From Lytechinus pictus (Eukaryota): a stretch of 64,000 nucleotides of DNA. The stretch lies in the NCBI RefSeq assembly GCF_037042905.1, contig NC_087246.1, positions 744,001 through 808,000 on the forward strand, written 5' to 3'. Under the pieces are notes generated by a model. The model ran no database searches and was not told the origin of the DNA. It saw only the letters and a list, made by a program, of their open reading frames with translations. Positions 1 through 10,750 of the stretch are shown one piece after another (positions within the stretch are counted from its first letter, which is position 1; every line of letters starts with the position of its first letter). The translations under genes were made by a program, and so were the position numbers.

Positions 1-5
1 CATTT

Positions 6-880
6 TTGTCTCACCTGCATAGCAGAGTGAGACTAGGCGCCGCTTTTCCGACGGCGGCGTCAACACCAAATCTTAACCGAAGGTTAAGTTTTGAAATGAC
101 AGCATAACTTAGAAAGTATATGGACCTAGTTCATGAAACTTAGCCATAAGGTAAATCAAGTATTACTAAACATCCTGCCTGAGTTTTAGGTCACATGACC
201 AAGGTCAAAGGTCATTTAGGGTCAATGAAATTTGGCCAAATTGGGGGTATCTGTTGAATTACCAACATAACTTTGAAAGTTTATGGCTCTGATTCATGAA
301 ACGTGGACATAAGAGTAATCGAGTATTACTAAACATCCTGTGCAAGTTTCAGGTCACATGATTAAGGTCAAAGGTCATTTTGGGTCAATGAACTTTGGCC
401 AAATTGGGGGCATTTGTTGAATTACCAACATAACTTTGAAAGTTTATTGGTCTAGTTCATAAAACTTGGACATAAGAGTAATCAAGTATCACTGAACATC
501 CTGTGCACATTTCAGGTCACATGACCAAGGTCAAAGGTCAATGAACTTTTTCCGTAATGGGGGTATCTGTTGAATTGCCATCATAACTTCGATAGTTTAT
601 GGATCTGATTCATGAAACTTGGACATAAGAGTAACCAAGACAAGTATCACTGAACATCTTGTTCATAGTTTATAGTGTATAAAATGTGGATATAGGGGTA
701 ATCAAGTATCACTGACAAGTTTTAGGTCACATGATCAAGGTCAAATGTCAATGAACGTAGTATCATTATATGAATGGTATTTTTTGTGAATAATTATTTT
801 ATAGTAGTTTTCAAAGTCAGCGCTGCTGCTATATTGAATCGCGTAATGCAGGTGAGTCCACCAGAGTCATTCCACTTGTT
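6..880. mobile_element. Non-autonomous Helentron/DINE-like element with an internal ~163-bp tandem repeat
   Basis: Subterminal inverted repeats CTCACCTGCAT (10-20) and ATGCAGGTGAG (846-856), T-rich flanks, and AGGTCACATG recurring at 188, 351 and 514. Confidence 0.6.
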
Positions 881-1095
881 CTTATTTTTTGGGGGAAACT
901 ATCATACCTTTACATGCATTAGGTGTATAAAGGTAAATTAAGGTATGCAATTTGATAATTTTTTGTCTATATATGGACCACTAGTTCTAATGTTAAATAT
1001 GAAGGGAATTCCCTTCTGGACTATTATCTTCTCCACGGTGGCATAGGCTGCCTTGTTTAGGCTCCGTGAGCAAATGACAATATCAAAATCATAAA

Positions 1096-1450
1096 AAACT
1101 GTGATCACGGAGTCCTCTAGGCTAGGCTTAACTTACACCAAGTTGACTTACACGTTCAATAAAGTTTAGAAGCTGTAAAAATTTCAAAAGGAAAATCACA
1201 GACTAATTAAAGACTTCAGAGAGAAATCAATCTATATGACCTCATGGTTTTAAGATTGACAGTTTTAGACTCTGATAGTGGTGATGAGTTTGATGTGTCT
1301 GAATTTTCAGATTTTTGTGGTAAAATAACAGGGGCCCACGTTTCTCAACACCTGGATAAGTTAGTCATATCTTTATCCACCAACCACGGAGTTAGTTCCA
1401 ATCTTACTAAACCTGTTTCACGAAATGCTTCCTAACTAGAATACCTTGAT
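1096..1450 (+). repeat. Left copy of the 355-bp host duplication flanking the composite insertion
   Basis: Identical by eye to 20378-20732 (offset 19282; the same 63-aa ORF appears at 1244 and 20526). Confidence 0.95.
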
Positions 1451-1961
1451 GTAGTGTGGCCGAGTGTTCTAACATGTCTACCTCACAAATCAGTCAGAAA
1501 CAAGCAAACTCATATTATATTGAGCTAAACTCAAAAATAAAGATGTTGACCAAAATGAAGTCTCGTAGTGCTCTGCTTTATTGGTCTGCAATGCAGACCT
1601 CACTAGGCATTGCCTTCACAAATAATACATTCAAATATATTCAAAAATAATGTCACATGATAAATTCAACCAATAAAGAAACACAGAATGGGAGAACCCA
1701 GAAAAGTGGAGGAACCAAGGGTGAAAGGTGAACCAATGAGGATGAGGTAAGATGATATGAATGAAGAAGAATGTTCTGAATGTAAATGAGAAAATAACAA
1801 TAGAAACATGTGAAGCTGTATGGAGTTGGAATGGCAATGGAATGATGTGATGAAGAAACTAAGGAATGAGAGAAACAGGTGTGTGACAGAGGCATAGAAA
1901 TGGTAGTGAAGAGAAGTATGGAAAGCAAAGTGTGAAATAAACAATTATATTAAATAAGGCA
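1450..1961 (-). mobile_element. Near-complete LTR; its U5 end joins host DNA precisely
   Basis: Reverse complement of the 528-bp LTR at 19816-20343 (a variant), missing ~16 bp of the U3 start; joined to a pol fragment through a GCA microhomology. Confidence 0.93.
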
Positions 1962-4469
1962 GCAGAAAGTATGTTACGACATGAAGACTCGTACCATCAA
2001 GTACTCTGTTGGAGACTTAGTTTGGCTTCATGACCCAGCAAATGCCAGACACAAGCTACAACCAAACTGGACCGGACCATTTTCCATTATGTCTTCCTCA
2101 GAAGATGGTTTGAACTATCGTATTGAAGACATCCATAATCAGAGAATACAGAAGGTAGTGCATCATAACAGACTGAAGCTCTTCAGATCGAAACTACCTC
2201 AACAACCTGAGTCTAGTAAAGAAGGTGGAACTCATCCAACCATCCCTCCTTCAAATTCAAAACCTCCTTCAAACTCACAACCTCCTTCAAGTTTTCAATC
2301 TCATCCTCAAACTTCCTTCATCGAATGGTCAACTACCAAACCACAACTGACGACAGATACTGGCCAACCATCATGGTCAGGGCAGTCTGTCTCTACACCT
2401 GATGCCCAACGTCCTCCTTCATCTGACCAACCTTCATGGTCAGGACAGTCTCGCTCCACACTAGATGTAAAACGTCCTCCTTCATCTGACCAACCTTCAT
2501 GGTCAGGGCAGTCTCGCTCTACACCTGATGCCCAACGTCCTCCTTCATCTGACCAACCTTCATGGTCAGAATTGTCATCGCCAGATGTTCACCCCCAGTC
2601 TACATCTGACCAACCATCATGGTCAGAGCCCATCCAGCCGAGGCGAGAAGTTCGTAGAACTGACCGGAATCAGTCAGATGACCAACTACTACCAAACCCC
2701 TCTGATGAGCGCACACCAGGTCTTCCTAACCAAACCCCAGGTCCATCCGATGTCAGACACCATAATGCCCCTCAAACTCAACCCCATGGACGTCCACCAG
2801 ATGAGAAAATCACAACTACGCGTTATGGACGAAGAGTAAAAATACCAAAAAGATTTTGCGACGTTGAAAAATGATAATGTGAATTTATTGATTTCAGCTT
2901 TTACATTTACAATTTTAACCTTTCAAAGAAATAGCAACAATGAGAGTAAATTCAGCAAAATCATCCAAAATTTAATGATTCCCATGCTTCATTCTTCGAA
3001 CTGGATCATTTAAAACTTTTTTGAAGAAATTTCAAGCATCAAAATATTCAAGAGACTGAACTTATTTGAAAACGTAATCTTCAACAGTCAACGTCGCGAT
3101 GATATAGAAATTTGAAGACCAAGGAACTTTTTTTTCCAAGAAGAAAGAAGATAGTGAAATGTTGTAACAAGAATCAACAAATATATTCTATTTCTAGAAC
3201 AACATTCAAAAGTAATATAATTTTAATAGAAAATATTCATCAATTAAGATCAACTACTAAATGAGCAAATATCTCAACCGAACTGTAAGAACATTTGAAG
3301 AAAATGAACATTTGAAACGTTGAATATTTTTTAAAACATTTTGATCGAGCAATCGTTTGAAACTTGTGCTATTTTTCATGTTATATAATGTGACATTTGA
3401 ATTAATTGCATGTGTATCATGTATCTTCATAAATGCCTCAATATTTTCATACTATTACAATACCATTTTATGCTCTTTTTACATAACGGGCTAATTTTTC
3501 TCCCCTGCACAGTGCGAAAATTAGATATTTTGCTTGTATACATTGTACCAAGTCATCTGGTACATGTACAAATATATTGGACGATTTTGATATACAAGGT
3601 TTTAACAAAAATTGTCTTTTTTTCACTTTTATGCTAGGTTATCAATTACAGATTGTACAAGTTGATGCAGTTCAATACTTTTAGAAGTTAGTGTTTTTAA
3701 AGAACCAAGTTATTCAAATTGTAATTTTGCGAACAATAACAAAAACAGTTCAAAAGTTTAATAGAAACTGATATTTTCTTTCATTTTGAAATTTTCCAAA
3801 TAAAAGATCATGTGATGTATAGTTTATTTAACAGAAAAGAAAAGTTCAGTATTATGTATGTTTTCTTTTCATATTTAAGCACATTCAAACATATTTCTGA
3901 AGTTTCTTTAAAAAAAAAAAAAAAAAAGAGATAAAGTCAATTTAGTGATCTGAGGATTTCATTTTAAATCCGCAAAAGAAAATATTTGTATAAAAAGAAT
4001 ACTTTGATATTATTCAGTTCTCGTTATTGTACAGATTACTGTATATTGTGCTTTATAGAACACAGGCAAAAAAAAGAAAAAAGTTTTATTTCTTGCTGTG
4101 TTAGCAACATGTATATTGAAAAGGGACTAAACAACTTTGCCATGTATATATAAATTTATGTTTAAAGATTTGCATTTATTGAAATGAAAGAAATACAGAT
4201 GTAATTCATGTTCTTGTATTTCTATTGCAACTGACAGAAGAACAACATTTATTAATCTTATATTTTGTTCAAATAAACAAGTAAAACATTTTCATTTGTA
4301 AAATAAGAAAAAAATGATTAATGTTCTTTCTGGATAATTTCATTTTGGCAGATTTCAAATTATCAAAAAAAAAAATTGTTTTACTGACAGTTGCAAAAGT
4401 TGCAGATAATGCTTAAAAATATATATATTTATGGATTTCCTTCATCAAAGAAAGTACTCATCCTCAATT
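1959..4469 (+). mobile_element. Gypsy fragment: integrase C-terminus (ORF 1981-2874) plus AT-rich 3'UTR
   Basis: The 297-aa ORF is identical to the C-terminus of Pol at 7319-10675 (GPF motif, QPSWS repeats). Confidence 0.95.
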
Positions 4470-4514
4470 GAGGATGAGTACTTTCTTTGATGGCTGTAGT
4501 AGGCTATGACGTGT

Positions 4515-5248
4515 TTGCAGACCAATAAAGCAGAGCACTACTAGACTTCATTTTGGTCAACATCTTTATTTTTGAGTTTAGTTCAATATAATATTAGTTT
4601 GCTTGTTTCTGACTGATTTGTGAGGTAGACATGTTAGAACACTCGGCCACACTACAAACTGTGGGTCTTGGCCATTCTTCGGTTTAAGTTCTCTACATCT
4701 GCACAATATTCCTCCACTTTTCTGGGTTCTCCCATTCTCTGTTTCTTTATTGGTTGAATTTATCATGTGACATTATTTTTGAATATATTTGAATGTATTA
4801 TTTGTGAAGGCAAGGCCTAGTGAAGTCTGCATTGCAGACCAATAAAGCAGAGCACTACGAGACTTCATTTTGGTCAACATCTTTATTTTTGAGTTTAGCT
4901 CAATATAATATGAGTTTGCTTGTTTCTGACTGATTTGTGAGGTAGACATGTTAGAACACTCGGCCACACTACAAACTTGGTTCCTCCACTTTTCTGGGTT
5001 CTCCCATTCTCTGTTTCTTTATTGGTTGAATTTATCATGTGACATTATTTTTGAATATATTTGAATGTATTATTTGTGAAGGCAAGGCCTAGTGAAGTCT
5101 GCATTGCAGACCAATAAAGCAGAGCACTACGAGACTTCATTTTGGTCAACATCTTTATTTTTGAGTTTAGCTCAATATAATATGAGTTTGCTTGTTTCTG
5201 ACTGATTTGTGAGGTAGACATGTTAGAACACTCGGCCACACTACAAAC
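4515..5248 (+). mobile_element. Three U5-anchored LTR fragments in tandem, each ending CTACA-AAC
   Basis: LTR ends at 4656, 4973 and 5245, each followed by AAC; the last two units have a 272-bp period. Confidence 0.9.
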
Positions 5249-5258
5249 ACACTAAGTT

Positions 5259-5786
5259 TGTAGTGTGGCCGAGTGTTCTAACATGTCTACCTCACAAATC
5301 AGTCAGAAACAAGCAAACTCATATTATATTGAGCTAAACTCAAAAATAAAGATGTTGACCAAAATGAAGTCTCGTAGTGCTCTGCTTTATTGGTCTGCAA
5401 TGCAGACTTCACTAGGCCTTGCCTTCACAAATAATACATTCAAATATATTCAAAAATAATGTCACATGATAAATTCAACCAATAAAGAAACAGAGAATGG
5501 GAGAACCCAGAAAAGTGGAGGAACCAAGGGTGAAAGGTGAACCAATGAAGATGAGGTAAGATGATATGAATGAAGAAGAATGTTCTGAATGTAAATGAGA
5601 AAATAACAATAGAAACATGTGAAGCTGTATGGAGTTGGAATGGCAATGGAATGATGTGATGAAGAAACTAAGGAATGAGAGAAACAGGTGTGTGACAGAG
5701 GCATAGAAATGGTTGTGAAGAGAAGTATGGAAAGCAAAGTGTGAAATAAACAATTATATTAAATAAGGCAAAATTCAACTCTTACA
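5259..5786 (-). mobile_element. 3' LTR (528 bp, TGTA...TACA) of the near-full-length Gypsy copy
   Basis: Preceded in element sense by a polypurine tract (+ strand CTTCCTTCTTCGCT, ~5791-5804); matches 19816-20343. Confidence 0.93.
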
Positions 5787-7318
5787 TAAACTTCCTTCTT
5801 CGCTAAAAAATGTCCTCATTTTTATAAGTTTCACATTGATACATATTTGTCCAAAGTAGTTTTCCGAAAACTTTTGGATTAAAAAATTGAGGATGAGTAC
5901 TTTCTTTGATGAAGGAAATCCATAAATATATATATTTTTAAGCAATATCTGCAACTTTTGCATCTGTCAGTAAAACAATTTTTTTTTTTTTTAGTTGATA
6001 ATTTGAAATTTGCCAAAATGAAATTATCCAGAAAGAACATTAATAATTTTTTTCTTATTTTACAAATGAAAACGTTTTACTTGTTTATTTGAACAAAATA
6101 TAAGATCAATGAATGTTGTTCTTCTGTCAGTTGCAATAGAAATACAAGAACATGAATTACATCTGTATTTCTTTCATTTCAATAAATGCAAATCTTTAAA
6201 CATAAATTTATATATACATGGCAAAGTTGTTTAGTCCCTTTTCAATATACATGTTGCTAACACAGCAAGAAATAATTTTTTTTTTTTTTTGCCTGTGTTC
6301 TATAAAGCACAATATACAGTAATCTGTACAATAACGAGAACTGAATAATATCAAAGTATTCTTTTTATACAAATATTTACTTTTGCGGATTTAAAATGAA
6401 ATCCTCAGATCACTAAATTGACTTTCTCTCTTTTTTTTTTTTTTTTTTTTAAAGAAACTTCAGAAATATGTTTGAATGTGCTTAAATATGAAAAGAAAAC
6501 ATACATAATACTGAACTTTTCTTTTCTGTTAAATAAACTATACACATGATCTTTTATTTGGAAAATTTCAAAATGAAAGAAAATATCAGTTTCTATCAAA
6601 CTTTTGAACTGTTTTTGTTATTGTTCGCAAATTACAATTTGAATAACTTGGTTCTTTAAAAACACTAACTTCTAAAAGTATTGAACTGCATCAACTTGTT
6701 AGCCCGTTATGTAAAAAGAGCATAAAATGGTATTGTAATAGTATGAAAATATTGAGGCATTTATGAAGATACATGATACACATGCAATTAATTCAAATGT
6801 CACATTATATAACATGAAAAATAGCACAAGTTTCAAACGATTGCTCGATCAAAATGTTTTAAAAAATATTCAACGTTTCAAATGTTCATTTTCTTCAAAT
6901 GTTCTTACAGTTCGGTTGAGATATTTGCTCATTTAGTAGTTGATCTTAATTGATGAATATTTTCTATTAAAATTATATTACTTTTGAATGTTGTTCTAGA
7001 AATAGAATATATTTGTTGATTCTTGTTACAACATTTCACTATCTTCTTTCTTCTTGGAAAAAAAAGTTCCTTGGTCTTCAAATTTCTATATCATCGCGAC
7101 ATTGACTGTTGAAGATTACGTTTTCAAATAAGTTCAGTCTCTTGAATATTTTGATGCTTGAAATTTCTTCAAAAAAGTTTTAAATGATCCAGTTCGAAGA
7201 ATGAAGCATGGGAATCATTAAATTTTGGATGATTTTGCTGAATTTACTCTCATTGTTGCTATTTCTTTGAAAGGTTAAAATTGTAAATGTAAAAGCTGAA
7301 ATCAATAAATTCACATTA

Positions 7319-10300
7319 TCATTTTTCAACGTCGCAAAATCTTTTTGGTATTTTTACTCTTCGTCCATAACGCGTAGTTGTGATTTTCTCATCTGGTGGA
7401 CGTCCATGGGGTTGAGTTTGAGGGGCATTATGGTGTCTGACATCGGATGGACCTGGGGTTTGGTTAGGAAGACCTGGTGTGCGCTCATCAGAGGGGTTTG
7501 GTAGTAGTTGGTCATCTGACTGATTCCGGTCAGTTCTACGAACTTCTCGCCTCGGCTGGATGGGCTCTGACCATGATGGTTGGTCAGATGTAGACTGGGG
7601 GTGAACATCTGGCGATGACAATTCTGACCATGAAGGTTGGTCAGATGAAGGAGGACGTTGGGCATCAGGTGTAGAGCGAGACTGCCCTGACCATGAAGGT
7701 TGGTCAGATGAAGGAGGACGTTTTACATCTAGTGTGGAGCGAGACTGTCCTGACCATGAAGGTTGGTCAGATGAAGGAGGACGTTGGGCATCAGGTGTAG
7801 AGACAGACTGCCCTGACCATGATGGTTGGCCAGTATCTGTCGTCAGTTGTGGTTTGGTAGTTGACCATTCGATGAAGGAAGTTTGAGGATGAGATTGAAA
7901 ACTTGAAGGAGGTTGTGAGTTTGAAGGAGGTTTTGAATTTGAAGGAGGGATGGTTGGATGAGTTCCACCTTCTTTACTAGACTCAGGTTGTTGAGGTAGT
8001 TTCGATCTGAAGAGCTTCAGTCTGTTATGATGCACTACCTTCTGTATTCTCTGATTATGGATGTCTTCAATACGATAGTTCAAACCATCTTCTGAGGAAG
8101 ACATAATGGAAAATGGTCCGGTCCAGTTTGGTTGTAGCTTGTGTCTGGCATTTGCTGGGTCATGAAGCCAAACTAAGTCTCCAACAGAGTACTTGATGGT
8201 ACGAGTCTTCATGTCGTAACATACTTTCTGCTGCTTTTGGGCAAGTTCAGATTTCTGCTTGGCATAATGAAATGCTTTCTTAAGACGTTGTTGGAGATCC
8301 ATAACATATTGTTCTGGTGAGGTAGTATGTTGCTGTGCTGGAACTGGACATGTTATGTTCACTGGAACTCGAGATTCTCTTCCATGAAGAAGGAAGTAGG
8401 GACTAAGTCCTGTTGTGGAGTGGACACTTGAGTTGTATGCAAGTTGTAGTTGAGGGAGGTGAGAATCCCAATCTCCACGTTTGTCAGCGACATATCGTGC
8501 TAATTGTTCTTTGATCACACGATTTGCTCGTTCGACCATTCCAGCACCTTGAGGATGGTAAGGCGAAGATCTGGATTTGCGAATTCCAAGTTTCTCGCAA
8601 AGTTGTTGTACGAGCCTTGACTCAAACTGTCGACCTTGGTCAGTGTGCAGAGTTTCTGGCACACCATGCTCTGTGACGTAGTCTTCGAAGATGTGCTTGG
8701 CGACCGTCTCGGCAGTTTGGTTCCTCATAGGGTAGATGTTGACATATTTTGTGAAGTGGTCGATGATGACTAGTATGTAGCGATATCCACAGCGAGAAAT
8801 AGGGAGTTCAGCGATGTCGGCGAAGATCATCTGAAAAGGGTGATCAGTCGTTATACTTCGTAATGGGGCTTGGTGTTTTGGATTTGGTGACCTGAACGAC
8901 TCGCATGCCATACAAGTAGAACAATGGTTGGTAATATCTCGTCTCATGAATGGCCAATAACATGTGGCTTCTGCTCGATGAAGTGTGCGCTGAATTCCGA
9001 AATGGCCTGATGAAGGATGTCCATGGAGTTCTTCAAGTACTTTAGGAATGAGCTTTTGAGGTATGACTGGTTGAAGTATTGTTGTGCCAAGTCTATCATA
9101 TTTCATACGATAGAGTATGTTTCCCTTAATTGTCAGACGAGGGTATTCCCAGAGTAGTCGTCTCGTACGGGGATTGAAGCGACGTATTTCTCTGACAGAT
9201 GGTCGATATCCCAACTTGACATACTCCATGACTTGGTTGATGTCTGGGTCTTGTTCTTGGCGTTCGTGCAACTCAGATTGCTGATCGGCTAGAACGAAAT
9301 TTTCTGGTTGCGTCTGGTTAGTACTTTGGGACTTGTGTTCAGTCGATCCTTGAGTAGTGTAAGACTTCATAGTAGACCTTGTGTGAACTACATTACAACT
9401 GGTTTGGTCTTGATGTAGGAGATTAGTTTGGTTATCTCTTGAGTGGTTGTGTGGACGTCGAGAGAGTGCGTCAGCATTCTGATTGGAGCGTCCCTTGCGA
9501 TGTATGATCTTGAAGGAATAGGCATCCAATTCAACTATCCAGCGTGCACGTCTACCAGTTGCATCATCTTGGATTGGTACTTTCATGTATCCTAGAAGTG
9601 GTTGGTGGTCTGTGTATACTGAGAAAGGCTGGCCTCTAAGATAGTGGCGGAAGTGTCGTACAGCTGCGACAATGGCCCACAATTCTCGATCGTATGTAGA
9701 CCATCTCTTCTGACTTTCTGATAGTTTGTGGCTGTAGTAGGCTATGACGTGTTCTCTTCCATCTTGGACTTGGGAGAGAATAGCTCCAACAGCATCACTA
9801 GAAGCATCTGTGGCTATGTTGAATGTCTTGTTGAAGTTAGGAAATGCTAGTATGGGTGGATTGGTAAGTGTCATTTTCAGTTTGATGAAGGCGTTTTCAC
9901 AGTCGGCATTCCAGACGAATTGCGTTCCTTTGTGCGTCAGATTGGTAAGAGGTGTGGAAACTTGGGCAAAGCCTGGAATAAATCGACGATAGAATGAAGC
10001 AAGGCCTAAGAACGATCTGATTTGTGAAGGATTCTTGGGTCTTGGCCATGCTGCAACCTTGGCTGTGTTGTTTGGATCTGGAAGCACTCCTTGTGTACCA
10101 ATTACATAGCCTAGATAGGTGACTTTCTTCTGTAGAAATTGGCATTTGGTAGGTTTCAACTTCAATCCGGCGTCTTTGAAGCGCTGGAGGACTTCTTGGA
10201 GGTTTTGGAGATGTTCTTCAAAGCTTCTACCCATCACAATACAGTCGTCGAGGTATATGAGACAAGTCGACCAATGCAGACCATGTAAGACAGATTCCAT

Positions 10301-10675
10301 AAGACGCTGAAATGTCATTGGTGCATTTACTAAGCCGAATGGCATGACATTAAAATGATATAAGCCAGTACCGGTAGTGAAGGCTGTCTTCTCTTTACTT
10401 TCTGGGTCAAGTCTAATCTGCCAATAACCACTTGAAAGATCCATGACACTGAAGTAGGATGACGAAGAGAGGGCGTCAACAGAATCATCTTGACGAGGTA
10501 TCGGGTGAGAGTCTCTGATTGTGACGGCATTGAGAGCTCTGTAATCGACACAGAATCTGTATGTGTTGTCCTTTTTCTTTACCATCACTATAGGACTCGA
10601 CCAAGGACTGTGGCTTTCTTTGATAATTCCACGTTCAAGAAGATTATCTACCTGTCTCTGAATTTCACATCGCAT
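7319..10675 (-). CDS. pol: Pol: reverse transcriptase, RNase H and integrase
   Basis: SPWSSPIVMVKKKD, RFCVDYRALN, MPFGL, YLDD; RNase H TDAS...REL...TDH...ADALSR; integrase HHCC zinc finger, DDE core and GPF motif. Confidence 0.97.
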   Translation of the reverse strand: MRCEIQRQVDNLLERGIIKESHSPWSSPIVMVKKKDNTYRFCVDYRALNAVTIRDSHPIPRQDDSVDALSSSSYFSVMDLSSGYWQIRLDPESKEKTAFTTGTGLYHFNVMPFGLVNAPMTFQRLMESVLHGLHWSTCLIYLDDCIVMGRSFEEHLQNLQEVLQRFKDAGLKLKPTKCQFLQKKVTYLGYVIGTQGVLPDPNNTAKVAAWPRPKNPSQIRSFLGLASFYRRFIPGFAQVSTPLTNLTHKGTQFVWNADCENAFIKLKMTLTNPPILAFPNFNKTFNIATDASSDAVGAILSQVQDGREHVIAYYSHKLSESQKRWSTYDRELWAIVAAVRHFRHYLRGQPFSVYTDHQPLLGYMKVPIQDDATGRRARWIVELDAYSFKIIHRKGRSNQNADALSRRPHNHSRDNQTNLLHQDQTSCNVVHTRSTMKSYTTQGSTEHKSQSTNQTQPENFVLADQQSELHERQEQDPDINQVMEYVKLGYRPSVREIRRFNPRTRRLLWEYPRLTIKGNILYRMKYDRLGTTILQPVIPQKLIPKVLEELHGHPSSGHFGIQRTLHRAEATCYWPFMRRDITNHCSTCMACESFRSPNPKHQAPLRSITTDHPFQMIFADIAELPISRCGYRYILVIIDHFTKYVNIYPMRNQTAETVAKHIFEDYVTEHGVPETLHTDQGRQFESRLVQQLCEKLGIRKSRSSPYHPQGAGMVERANRVIKEQLARYVADKRGDWDSHLPQLQLAYNSSVHSTTGLSPYFLLHGRESRVPVNITCPVPAQQHTTSPEQYVMDLQQRLKKAFHYAKQKSELAQKQQKVCYDMKTRTIKYSVGDLVWLHDPANARHKLQPNWTGPFSIMSSSEDGLNYRIEDIHNQRIQKVVHHNRLKLFRSKLPQQPESSKEGGTHPTIPPSNSKPPSNSQPPSSFQSHPQTSFIEWSTTKPQLTTDTGQPSWSGQSVSTPDAQRPPSSDQPSWSGQSRSTLDVKRPPSSDQPSWSGQSRSTPDAQRPPSSDQPSWSELSSPDVHPQSTSDQPSWSEPIQPRREVRRTDRNQSDDQLLPNPSDERTPGLPNQTPGPSDVRHHNAPQTQPHGRPPDEKITTTRYGRRVKIPKRFCDVEK

Positions 10676-10750
10676 GGTAGGTGATGTGCGATAAGCTCTT
10701 TGACGGATGGGTGTGTCACTCGTTGTGGTTATCTTGTGGTAGACATCAGC

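Noticed and set aside
1244..1435. 63-aa ORF present twice (also 20526-20717)
   Set aside because: It lies in the duplicated host flank, with no recognisable domain or splice support.
1456..1944. Recurrent short ORFs (MAECSN..., MPFQLH..., MLSILL..., MFISHF...)
   Set aside because: They are translations of LTR copies, mostly from non-ATG starts; they recur only because the LTR recurs.
4515..5265. CRISPR-like repeat array
   Set aside because: The units are LTR fragments without unique spacers, and the context is eukaryotic.
5805..7318. env-like third ORF between pol and the 3' LTR
   Set aside because: The region is AT-rich with stops in all frames and only short spurious ORFs.
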